Shown here piece after piece: positions 56,011-64,000 of a stretch of DNA of 64,000 bases (position 1 is the first letter of the stretch; every line of letters begins with the position of its first letter). The notes below the pieces were generated by a model that worked only from the letters and a program-made list of their open reading frames with translations, was not told the DNA's origin and made no database searches. This DNA is from Blastocatellia bacterium (GTDB lineage: Bacteria > Acidobacteriota > Blastocatellia > DASRDY01), in NCBI GenBank assembly GCA_035652355.1, contig DASRDY010000034.1:14973-78972 (forward strand), given 5' to 3'. Position numbers and translations under genes: made by a program.

Positions 56011-57798
56011 CTATTTATTCACTGTTAAGTCTTCCTTCTTCGGCGCGCTTCCTGGCAATGTGTACCGGAGATTGAGGAAGATCATCGGTGTATGTGCATT
56101 CTTTGGCGCTCCCGGAGCAACAAACCAGGGTGCGCGAGTCAGGTAAGAGAACTGACCCATAAAGTTGACAGCGCCCCACTTTGGATCCTTCCAAATTGTC
56201 TGGTTGAAACCGAAGGTTCCTTCCTGAATAGCGCGATTGTTGGACGTCCCGGAATTCGGTCCGCCGAAGCCGATAAACGGCTTGACGGCGAGGCCGCTTG
56301 TGGTGTCGATGAACGTATTTCTCTTAGCATACATACCGCCGTAATAAGCGAACAGAAGAGTATTCGGTCTTACATTCGCTTCGATACCCTGGATAGTTGA
56401 GTAAGACTGCACTAACCCAATCGACCCATCGGGATGAACGACAGCGTCAGGTGCCTGTCCGAATATATACCTGCCACCGCCATCCGAGAAAAACATCGTG
56501 GAGACGTAGTGGATATTCTTCGTTACATCAAGCCACATATTCAGAGCGCCGCCACCGCCGGTCTTAGTTGAATGGTCGAACGTCGTTCCTCCGACAGGGA
56601 TAAACGTGTTTTTAAATGTGCGGAGGAAGCCTACGCCTTCAACGTGAAAATGGCGATCGCCGACTTTCGGATCCCAGGCCACTTTACCGATTATGTCCGG
56701 ATGAAGGTTTGGAGTCGACAACGCGCCGCCCGAGTCAAACTGCGGATTACCGCCGGTAAGAACGGCGTTAAAGGCTGATGGAAAGGTAACTTCAGCCGGA
56801 TTTCCTACGAACTGTTCTGGATTTTCCAATGCTATTGCAGCCGCAACTGTATTGGTCGGGTGGTAAACAAAGCGGATCCCGGCCTGACGCGCCCAGGTCA
56901 GACCGATCTGGTAATTCACGTCTATGTTCTGGGTGTAGAAAATATCGCCCGGAAGGGGTGATATGCCGTTTTTACCCGGCGTCATTAGACTCCAGGATTG
57001 GCCGCCCATAACCTCGAACTTATCTCTTGTAACATCAACCCAGTAGAGTCGCGATCTGAGTGTGTTGCTGTTGCTGCTGACAAACGTGTTATTCGGGTTG
57101 TTGCCAAGGAAATCGGCTTCCATATAGCCGATCACGCGAGCATCGTGCACGAGCGCATCGACTCTGAATCCGATTCTGGAGTTCTGCATGCTCAAACGAG
57201 CTTCCGACAGATGTCCTTGTTCCTGATTGTTAAACGGAATGGAATTGAAATTGGTGCCGATATTGTTACCTGTGTTCGTGCCGCGAACAACGGCCGTGAA
57301 ATCCATAAACCCGATCGGCTGAATCGTCGCATTACCAATGCGTAGTTGAAGTGGCGACGTCTCCTGCGGCGGTACCGCGGTTTTTCCAATAGGGGCCGTC
57401 GTGTTTGCTGTCGTCGAAGTCGTCGCGGATGCCGTCGTATTTGCATTCGTGCCCAATGTTGGTGTTACCGATGCGGCATTCGCTGGCTGATTGCCAGTGG
57501 ACTTTGATTTGAGCGCGTCGATCTCAGCCTGTTGCTGACGTACCTGCTGCTGCAAAGCCTCCATAGCCTTCGACTGCTCGATCAGCATCTGCTGCAGTTC
57601 TTCTGGCGTTGGTGCGGGCTTTGCTGATTTTGATTTATCATTGCTTTTATCGTCAGCAGCCTTTTTGGTTGCGTCTTTATCTTTATCATCCGCTGAGTGA
57701 GTCCTGGCAAATCTTAACTGCGTCAGTCCCAGCATCAGCATCATGAGCAAGCAAATTCCTTTGAACTTACGCCTGCTCGGTAGAAAGGTCTTGAACAT
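56011..57798 (-). CDS. Outer membrane porin, putatively phosphate-selective (OprO/OprP-like), with an N-terminal coiled coil.
   Basis: It has a signal peptide and a coiled coil (EELQQMLIEQSKAMEALQQQVRQQQAEIDALKS). A beta-rich C-terminal body ends in an aromatic-rich barrel-like sequence. It lies immediately upstream of pstS. Confidence 0.6.
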   Translation of the reverse strand: MFKTFLPSRRKFKGICLLMMLMLGLTQLRFARTHSADDKDKDATKKAADDKSNDKSKSAKPAPTPEELQQMLIEQSKAMEALQQQVRQQQAEIDALKSKSTGNQPANAASVTPTLGTNANTTASATTSTTANTTAPIGKTAVPPQETSPLQLRIGNATIQPIGFMDFTAVVRGTNTGNNIGTNFNSIPFNNQEQGHLSEARLSMQNSRIGFRVDALVHDARVIGYMEADFLGNNPNNTFVSSNSNTLRSRLYWVDVTRDKFEVMGGQSWSLMTPGKNGISPLPGDIFYTQNIDVNYQIGLTWARQAGIRFVYHPTNTVAAAIALENPEQFVGNPAEVTFPSAFNAVLTGGNPQFDSGGALSTPNLHPDIIGKVAWDPKVGDRHFHVEGVGFLRTFKNTFIPVGGTTFDHSTKTGGGGALNMWLDVTKNIHYVSTMFFSDGGGRYIFGQAPDAVVHPDGSIGLVQSYSTIQGIEANVRPNTLLFAYYGGMYAKRNTFIDTTSGLAVKPFIGFGGPNSGTSNNRAIQEGTFGFNQTIWKDPKWGAVNFMGQFSYLTRAPWFVAPGAPKNAHTPMIFLNLRYTLPGSAPKKEDLTVNK

Positions 57799-57965
57799 AG
57801 AAGCTCTCCTTTTAATGAGGGGCGAAGACGGGCCTCGCCTTTTATTAGATTCCCGAACATACCTGGTGGAAATTCAACTGCACTGCGCACACGGCGCCGC
57901 AGATCCGGTTGCATTTGAAGCCGCAAAATCGCAAGGGGGATAATTACAGACAGCAGTCACGGGCG

Positions 57966-57993
57966 GGTCACCGTAATGTAAACTCTTTGTTAA
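57966..57993. promoter_or_regulatory. Putative Pho box in the divergent porin/pstB2 intergenic region.
   Basis: It reads GGTCAC-cgtaa-TGTAAA-ctctt-TGTTAA, with the same 6+5 phasing and the same strand as the other two arrays. Confidence 0.4.
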
Positions 57994-58117
57994 TTATTGG
58001 CCGCCAAAAACTGCAACTGGGGGCCGAGGCCTGTTTATGCAAGTTTACAGACCATCAAAAAACAAGGTAAGCTAGAGCACGGAAATTCAGCACAGTTTGG
58101 AGGATTGTTCAACTTTA

Positions 58118-58969
58118 ATGCCAGCTTCAAATCAAGGAAGGTCCGGTGGGGGAGCCGCTCTGCTTCAATCTCCCAACCCGGATCAAAGAGATAAGCTGTC
58201 ACCGGTCAAATCTACGGCAGTTATAGAAATCGAGCAATTAAACTTCTATTACCGTAAAACCCAGGCGCTTTTCGATGTTAATCTGACGTTGCCTCCAGGC
58301 GAAATCACCGCCTTCATCGGTCCATCCGGTTGCGGCAAAAGTACGCTGCTGCGAACCATCAATCGAATGAACGATACAATTCCAGGCGTTTCGATGACTG
58401 GAACAGTGAAGATAGGCGGTCAGAACATATACTCGTCGTCACTCGACGTTGTTGAGTTGCGAAGGCGAGTGGGAATGGTCTTTCAAAAGTCGAACCCGTT
58501 TCCAAAGTCGATCTTCGATAACGTGGCGTATGGTCTTCGCATCAATGGAATGACGAAATCCCGGCGAGAGCTTGCCGATCGGGTCGAACGTTCTCTGAAA
58601 CAGGCTGCTTTGTGGGATGAAGTCAAAGACCGACTTAATCAATCAGCCTTCGGTCTCTCCGGAGGTCAGCAGCAGCGGTTGTGCATCGCGAGAGCCCTGG
58701 CGGTTCAACCTCAGGTAATTCTGATGGACGAGCCATGTTCAGCGCTGGATCCTGTCGCAACGCAAAAAATCGAAGAATTGATGCTTGATTTACGCGGCAA
58801 TTATACTATTGTAATTGTGACCCACAACATGCAGCAGGCAGCGCGGATCTCCAGTTATACCGCGTTCTTTTGGTTGGGAAAGTTGATCGAATTCGGCGAC
58901 ACCGAAACGATGTTTATGAACCCGGAAAGCGAAATGACCGAGGATTACATCACAGGGCGTTTCGGCTGA
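58118..58969 (+). CDS. pstB: PstB paralog (copy 2), not adjacent to any permease genes.
   Basis: It has Walker [24 protein letters not shown] and the C-terminal [15 protein letters not shown] lies upstream of the ATG at 58118. Confidence 0.9.
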   Translation: MPASNQGRSGGGAALLQSPNPDQRDKLSPVKSTAVIEIEQLNFYYRKTQALFDVNLTLPPGEITAFIGPSGCGKSTLLRTINRMNDTIPGVSMTGTVKIGGQNIYSSSLDVVELRRRVGMVFQKSNPFPKSIFDNVAYGLRINGMTKSRRELADRVERSLKQAALWDEVKDRLNQSAFGLSGGQQQRLCIARALAVQPQVILMDEPCSALDPVATQKIEELMLDLRGNYTIVIVTHNMQQAARISSYTAFFWLGKLIEFGDTETMFMNPESEMTEDYITGRFG

Positions 58970-59024
58970 TCAATAACGGTGGATCAACAAGGGTTAGCAT
59001 TCGGCGGCAGGCACAGAGGGCAAA

Positions 59025-59714
59025 ATGGAAAACAGGCTGCTGGAACCAAGTCTTATTGAACTTCGCGACAAAGTCTTGTTGATGGGTGGCGCGGCGGAAT
59101 CCGCGCTGGCCCGCGCTATGCGTGCCCTGGTTGAACGAGACCCGCGCCTCGCGCAGGAGGTAATCGACGGTGACGATATAGTAGATCGAATGGAATTGGA
59201 AGTCGATCATCTGTCAGTCGATATCTTCGCTCTGAAATCCCCGCACGCAAAAGACCTCCGGTTTGTTTTGATGTCGTCAAAGCTCGCCACAATACTGGAA
59301 CGTATGTGCGACATCGCGGCCAACATTGCCAAGCGTTCTCTGTTGTTGATGAACGAACCACAACTGAAACCTTATGTCGATCTTCCGCGAATGGCAGAGA
59401 TCATTCAGGAGATGCTCGCCAAAGCTCTTGAGTCGTACGCATCGGCCGATAGTCAAAAGGCAAGAGCCGTAATAGAAGAGGATTCCAAGATTGATTCTTT
59501 GTATGCCAGGATATTCGGCGATTTAATCGCCTACCTGTCAGAGAATCCAAAATCCGCTGCTCGCGTCACTCAGTTATTGTTTATAACCAAGCACCTGGAG
59601 CGACTGGCCGATCAGATCACAAACATCTGCGAATTGGTGGTCTATATAAAGGAAGCTCGCGTAATCAAGCACGTGCATGCGGTAAGCGGCGCGGGAGATG
59701 GCGGTCGGCAATAA
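59025..59714 (+). CDS. phoU: PhoU paralog (copy 2).
   Basis: 229 aa. It aligns with copy 1 over its full length, with roughly two thirds of positions identical by eye. Confidence 0.9.
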   Translation: MENRLLEPSLIELRDKVLLMGGAAESALARAMRALVERDPRLAQEVIDGDDIVDRMELEVDHLSVDIFALKSPHAKDLRFVLMSSKLATILERMCDIAANIAKRSLLLMNEPQLKPYVDLPRMAEIIQEMLAKALESYASADSQKARAVIEEDSKIDSLYARIFGDLIAYLSENPKSAARVTQLLFITKHLERLADQITNICELVVYIKEARVIKHVHAVSGAGDGGRQ

Positions 59715-59729
59715 AAGCTCGAATAATTC

Positions 59730-60881
59730 TCAAGACCCCGCAGTTTCGATACCAACTATCGGAAGCTTCACCCTGAATGTCGATCCCAGGTTTGGAACGC
59801 TTTCAACCTCAACCTCGCCACCGTGTGCCTGAGCCAGATGCTTCACGATAGCCAGTCCTAAGCCGGAGCCTCCAACTCCAGGCGTGCGGGATTTATCGGC
59901 TCGATAAAGTCTTTCAAAAATTCGAGGCAGGTCTTGTGGTGTGATGCCAGATCCGGTGTCTCGGACAACTATTACTGAGTAATAACTCTTTGTCTCGGCT
60001 TCGATGAATATCTTGCCGCCGGGCTTGTTGAATTTGATCGCATTGTCCAGAAGGTTGGTCAGAATCTGCACCAGTCGTTGAGGATCAGCATAGACATTGA
60101 AATCTTCGGGGATGTTTATCCGCAACTCTATCTGATTGTTTTCCAGTTGCGAATGGAACATTACCTTGAGCTCGTCAATAAGCTGTGCCAGCGATACTTC
60201 CTCAATATGGAGTTTTAACCCTCCGGATTCAATTAAAGAGAGGTTCGAGTAATCGTTGATGAGGATGCTAAGGCGACTGGCGTTTCTGTGTATGATCTCC
60301 AGGAATCTGACGTTGTTCTGAGAGTCGGAAAGAGCTCCGTCCAGCAAAGTTTCAACGTAGGCTAGTATCGACGTCAATGGTGTTCGAATGTCGTGTGACA
60401 GATTGGCAAAGAATTCGCGGCGCACGCGTTCCAGATGCTCAATGTGGCTGAGGTCGCGAATGCATGCCACGACGCCCAGGACCTTTCCCTGATCTGGATC
60501 AAATATAGGAGTAGCCCTGACCTGTAGTGTTCGCTCGCTGCCGATCACCGTCTGCACCCGCTCTTCGTGCTGAACACCATTGTGAAGGGTCTGCTTGACG
60601 AGAGTGTGTATGATCTGGTCGCGAGTAACAGTGCTGAGCCGAATTGGGTCAGACAGATCGTGCAGCCCAAACAATTCCAGCGCCTGGTCGTTGTATGCCT
60701 TTACCTGTGAATCAGGATCGATGACAAGGACGGCTTCATCTACTCCAGCCAGCAACGAGGTTATCAATGGATCAGATGCATCAGCCTGGACTGCAAAGTC
60801 GGAATCGCTGTGCCCGACGGAATCGGATGCGCTGGTCGGTCGGGTCCGCTTAAGAGACGATATTGTCTGCCAAAGATTCAT
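59730..60881 (-). CDS. phoR: PhoR-like sensor histidine kinase (PAS-HisKA-HATPase) without transmembrane segments.
   Basis: It has the H-box FFANLSHDIRTPLTSI, the N-box LLDNAIKF and the G-boxes DTGSGI and GGSGLGLAIV. The N-terminal 150 aa are hydrophilic and PAS-like. Confidence 0.75.
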   Translation of the reverse strand: MNLWQTISSLKRTRPTSASDSVGHSDSDFAVQADASDPLITSLLAGVDEAVLVIDPDSQVKAYNDQALELFGLHDLSDPIRLSTVTRDQIIHTLVKQTLHNGVQHEERVQTVIGSERTLQVRATPIFDPDQGKVLGVVACIRDLSHIEHLERVRREFFANLSHDIRTPLTSILAYVETLLDGALSDSQNNVRFLEIIHRNASRLSILINDYSNLSLIESGGLKLHIEEVSLAQLIDELKVMFHSQLENNQIELRINIPEDFNVYADPQRLVQILTNLLDNAIKFNKPGGKIFIEAETKSYYSVIVVRDTGSGITPQDLPRIFERLYRADKSRTPGVGGSGLGLAIVKHLAQAHGGEVEVESVPNLGSTFRVKLPIVGIETAGS

Positions 60882-60985
60882 TGGTGTGCTTCCACTGAGC
60901 GCTCACAAATTGAATACCCAGCATTCTACCAGCCAGTTGGAAATCATCACAGGAGAGATCAAACAGTCGACAGTTCGCGGGCTAT

Positions 60986-61726
60986 CTATTTGGTTTCGCC
61001 GCTGAGAACCTGGACTTCTTCGGCCTGTTCCAGAACTCGCTGCGGTTTGACAAATCTGTAGCCTACGCCTATCACCGTATCGATATAATCGCGGGCGTCG
61101 CCGAGCTTCAGTCGCAAACGCTGAACGTGCACATTCAATGTTCGGGACTCGCCGTAGTAATTCAGGCCCCACACCGTTTCCAAAAGATAGTCGTGAGTAA
61201 GCACTCGGCCGGGTCTGCGGGCCAGGGCAGTCAAAAGCTCGAATTCTTTGCGTGTGAGTTTGATTTCGTTGCCGCGCAGCTTAACAGTGAAGTTCTCAAA
61301 ATCGATTTGAAGCTGTCCGTCGTCATATACCGGCTGCGACTTTTCCAGTGCGACACGACGGAGGATCGCATTCACGCGCGCCATCAATTCTCGAACGCTG
61401 AACGGCTTCGTGATGTAGTCATCGGCTCCCAGATCGAGACCCAATACTTTGTCGCCTTCGGCCGTTCTGGCCGTCAGCATGATTATTGGCATCGTCGCCG
61501 TCGATTCGCTGTTACGGAGTCGCCGGCACACTTCGAAACCGGTCATAGTCGGTAAATTCAGGTCCAGAATCAGCAGGTCAGGACGCTCTTTCCCGACAAG
61601 ATTCAGACCGTCTTCGCCGGTATGCGCCGTGCGGACCGCGAAATCACCGTCCCGTTGAAGGTTATATTGGATTGACGCAGCTATATCTTCGTCGTCTTCG
61701 ATAACAACTATTGTTCTTTTACCCAT
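60986..61726 (-). CDS. phoB: OmpR/PhoB-family response regulator.
   Basis: It has a receiver domain (IVVIEDDEDI...DLLILDLNLP) and a winged-helix C-terminus (LTRKEFELL...VGYRF). The ATG at 61726 is preferred. Confidence 0.8.
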   Translation of the reverse strand: MGKRTIVVIEDDEDIAASIQYNLQRDGDFAVRTAHTGEDGLNLVGKERPDLLILDLNLPTMTGFEVCRRLRNSESTATMPIIMLTARTAEGDKVLGLDLGADDYITKPFSVRELMARVNAILRRVALEKSQPVYDDGQLQIDFENFTVKLRGNEIKLTRKEFELLTALARRPGRVLTHDYLLETVWGLNYYGESRTLNVHVQRLRLKLGDARDYIDTVIGVGYRFVKPQRVLEQAEEVQVLSGETK

Positions 61727-61858
61727 TGCCAAGTGCAGTCTCCTAAAACCGAGCAAGCGCTGAGAGTGTTACTCAGTTAACCCTTGATTCTGCTGTAATT
61801 ACACGGTGTGTGCCTCAACCTGAGTAAAAGGGAGTGTAGCATAGGAGTATAACGGGTG

Positions 61859-61886
61859 TGTTACGGCGATGTTAAATTCCTGTTAA
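61859..61886 (-). promoter_or_regulatory. Putative Pho box upstream of the phoB-phoR operon.
   Basis: On the plus strand it reads TGTTAC-ggcga-TGTTAA-attcc-TGTTAA. On the minus strand it reads TTAACA-N5-TTAACA-N5-GTAACA. It lies 105-130 bp upstream of the ORF-track start at 61756, or 135-160 bp upstream of the preferred phoB ATG at 61726. Confidence 0.5.
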
Positions 61887-61921
61887 CTCGCGCTGGCCGG
61901 AGCAAACTCCCATTAGAATGT

Positions 61922-61966
61922 AAAAGAAAAGAGGACGCCAACCGTAAGCCTGGTTAAACGTCCTCT
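61922..61966 (-). terminator. Rho-independent terminator after the hsp20 pair.
   Basis: On the minus strand, AGAGGACG pairs with CGTCCTCT (8 bp) around a loop of about 21 nt, followed by TTTTCTTTT. Confidence 0.65.
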
Positions 61967-61986
61967 CGAATCCCTTTCAACTGTTC

Positions 61987-62418
61987 TTAGCTTATCGTCA
62001 CTTCAATTTGTCGCGGCTTAGCTTCTTCGCGCTTCGGCAGGAAGACTCTAAGAATTCCTTGATTGAACTCGGACCTGATTTTGCCCTGGTCGATGTTTCC
62101 GGGCAGGGTGAAACGTCGACTGAAATTACCCCACGGACGCTCAAGCCGTAGTACCGCTCTGGCCTCGTTGTTTTCAGAGTTTCGGGACCCGGTTACCGTC
62201 AACAGATTATTCTCAACCTGCACCTGCAGGCTCTCCTTGGTAACGCCCGGCAATTCCGCTCGAACTACAATTTCACTGACTGTCTCGTAGATATCGACTG
62301 CGGGAGTCCACACGGCAGCCGGCTCACTAGCCTCGACCGGCCAGCCCACGTTCCCGTTGGTGCGAGGCTCGTTCTCACGACTTAATTTGCGATATGGATT
62401 GGTTGCGATAGCTGACAT
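61987..62418 (-). CDS. Hsp20/alpha-crystallin family small heat-shock protein (copy B).
   Basis: It has an alpha-crystallin domain (PAVDIYETVSEIVVRAELPGV...GILRVFLPK). GGAGG lies upstream of the start. Confidence 0.9.
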   Translation of the reverse strand: MSAIATNPYRKLSRENEPRTNGNVGWPVEASEPAAVWTPAVDIYETVSEIVVRAELPGVTKESLQVQVENNLLTVTGSRNSENNEARAVLRLERPWGNFSRRFTLPGNIDQGKIRSEFNQGILRVFLPKREEAKPRQIEVTIS

Positions 62419-62459
62419 AGGTCTATTCCTCCGATAATACTATTGTCACAGTTCTTCAT

Positions 62460-62906
62460 TTACCCAATGTTTACTGAAATCTGCTTCGGGCGAACTGATT
62501 CGGCCTTTGGCAGCGTGACCGTCAAAACGCCATTTGAAAGATCAGCCGTGATCTTGTTTACGTCTATCTCCACTGGAAGCGTCACTGATCTTGTGAACTT
62601 GCCAGAGAAGCTTTCAACTCGGTGATAGCGCATGCCTTCTGCCTCTTCCAGTTTGCGTTCGCCGGAAAGAGTCAGAGTTCGGTTTTCGTAGGTCAGATTA
62701 ATGTTGTTTTTCTCAAAACCCGGTAAATCTGCCTTTACCATATATTTATCGTCAGATTCGATAACATCGAATGATGGGCTTGCGGCGGTTAAGCCAAGGT
62801 CTTCACCCGGATTCCAGGGCAAGCTGAAGAATTCTTTGAAAAGACGGTTTGCCGGAAAGCCGGTTCGGTTCAGTAACTGATTCAAGGTCGCAATCTGAGT
62901 TGCCAT
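62460..62906 (-). CDS. Hsp20/alpha-crystallin family small heat-shock protein (copy A).
   Basis: It has PSFDVIESDDKYMVKADLPGF...GVLTVTLPK. GGAGG lies 8 nt upstream of the ATG at 62906. Confidence 0.9.
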   Translation of the reverse strand: MATQIATLNQLLNRTGFPANRLFKEFFSLPWNPGEDLGLTAASPSFDVIESDDKYMVKADLPGFEKNNINLTYENRTLTLSGERKLEEAEGMRYHRVESFSGKFTRSVTLPVEIDVNKITADLSNGVLTVTLPKAESVRPKQISVNIG

Positions 62907-62960
62907 AATGTGTACCTCCAAAAATGTATGAGATCGAATAACCATTACCCAGCGACCATA

Positions 62961-62989
62961 TTAATATAATATGTTTTCCGATCTGTCAA
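62961..62989 (-). promoter_or_regulatory. Candidate promoter of the hsp20 pair: TTGACA, 17-bp spacer, TATTAA.
   Basis: The minus strand reads cTTGACAgatcggaaaacatattaTATTAAt. It lies about 55 nt upstream of the start codon. Confidence 0.5.
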
Positions 62990-63407
62990 GAAAAATTTAG
63001 TGATACACATTATATTTTCTGAGTGCATTACGCGCATATTTGAGCGTAATGTGACTATTCTGAGAAAGTATCAATCGCTCCAGGCAGTTAGGCGCGTTAC
63101 AAGGTTAGGGAGCTTCTAAATGGTATGTGTTAAGAATGGAGGCAAGTTATGTTAACTCGAGTGACCGGCAACGGTAGACCATCTTAAACTGGATTGCCCG
63201 CCCACCCCTGATGTGGGTTAATTTCACCGTTTAGTGATTACCGCTGCCAGGTCACAAACTTGGATAGAACCCTTTGACTGCTGATAGCTTCAAAAGGGTT
63301 ATGATAAACATCTGAAGACCGTGTTGGCCGTTTCTAAACATTAATGATGTAGAGAGCAACGCCATATTACTTAGCTTACAGGAAAAGTTATTTGTAAGAA
63401 CATCGAA

Positions 63408-64000
63408 CTAATGGCGAACGCCGCGGACGCTGGACAGCAGCTTCTTAGCAACAGCGGAATCAGGATTGGCAGCGACAAGAGCCTGAAATTCCTTTTCGGC
63501 ATCGTCTAGCAATCCGTTCTTAGCGTAAAACGTACCCATTACCAGGTGCGAGCTGCCAGACTGCTGCTTAATCTGATTCAACTCCTCCGAAACGGAACGC
63601 GAGACAACACGGAACTTGGCCTCTGGTGCTGGAGCTGCCGGGACGGTGATCTCTTTTCCATCTTTTACGGCTGTTACCTGCCACAAGTACGTTGCACCCG
63701 ATTTCAGCGAAACATTGCTGCGCCAGGTTGTTGTTTGCAGCGGACCGCTGTCGGCAACTTTGTTAAAGTTAGGGTCGAAAATTGTGATTGTATAAATTGT
63801 CGAACCTTCCAGTTTTTGCCACTGGAATGACGGCCGGTCGGTCTGAACAACAGTTCCCAGAGGTCGCAACACTTTGAATGCAGGTCCGGAATCAGGCTCT
63901 CCCATTAATGTTCCGGCTTTGCCTATCAAGGTTTTAATGTCCGACGGAAGAGATACCTTTTCCGTTTGCAAAGCGTCTTTTACTATCTGCCGTTCCGACT
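63408..64000 (-). CDS. Hypothetical protein with a C-terminal TPR-like helix pair. The frame stays open to the right edge, so this is probably a partial gene.
   Basis: The frame is open through 64000, upstream of the TTG used by the ORF track. A beta-rich middle region (PSFQWQKLEGSTIYTITIF...YLWQVTAV) is followed by GTFYAKNGLLDDAEKEFQALVAANP. Confidence 0.5.
   Translation of the reverse strand, partial: SERQIVKDALQTEKVSLPSDIKTLIGKAGTLMGEPDSGPAFKVLRPLGTVVQTDRPSFQWQKLEGSTIYTITIFDPNFNKVADSGPLQTTTWRSNVSLKSGATYLWQVTAVKDGKEITVPAAPAPEAKFRVVSRSVSEELNQIKQQSGSSHLVMGTFYAKNGLLDDAEKEFQALVAANPDSAVAKKLLSSVRGVRH

Noticed and set aside
62995-63035. A CIRCE-like sequence (TTAGTGATA...TGAGTGCATTA) upstream of hsp20.
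   Set aside because: The two halves are not reverse complements of each other and do not fit TTAGCACTC-N9-GAGTGCTAA. The resemblance is limited to a few bases.

Overview
This is a chromosomal window dominated by housekeeping genes, from a moderate-GC diderm bacterium (TolC-type channel, porin, Slt-type lytic transglycosylase, Pst system). The gene content and the GC-rich palindromic intergenic repeats suggest Acidobacteriota, but that is only an impression. I support about 55 CDS and one tRNA.

Main blocks:
- Secreted HEAT-repeat/cyclophilin fusion, and a cold-shock gene with a long leader.
- Orphan selA next to a His-rich metal transporter.
- hemE-hemN-hemH-hemY heme operon.
- Citrate synthase, an orphan DUF1800 protein, HtrA, an M3-like peptidase, aroB and lepA.
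- ROK kinase, DedA and a GHMP kinase.
- A TPR protein with a Fis-type HTH.
- A membrane protein/SRPBCC/amidohydrolase operon.
- A Cys-rich trio: zinc-ribbon protein, PCYCGC-type protein and a tandem DUF6328-like membrane protein.
- GT2 glycosyltransferase, folD, slt and tolC.
- gap-pgk-tpiA-secG-tRNA-Leu(GAG).
- A large phosphate locus: porin-pstSCAB-phoU, an inverted second pstB-phoU pair, and a phoB-phoR operon whose PhoR-like kinase has no transmembrane segment.
- Two hsp20 genes.

I see no CRISPR array, rRNA, transposase, integrase, phage genes or recognisable defence genes. I cannot honestly point to a clear new multi-gene system.

The most distinctive signals:
1. The Pho locus architecture, with three 11-bp-phased TGTNAN repeat arrays that look like Pho boxes.
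2. Several families of REP/BIME-like palindromic intergenic elements, including a perfect 29-bp inverted repeat.
3. A terminator-like hairpin inside the csp leader, and a TGTGACA motif cluster.
4. The uncharacterised Cys-rich gene trio.

All promoter, terminator and operator calls were made by eye and are approximate.
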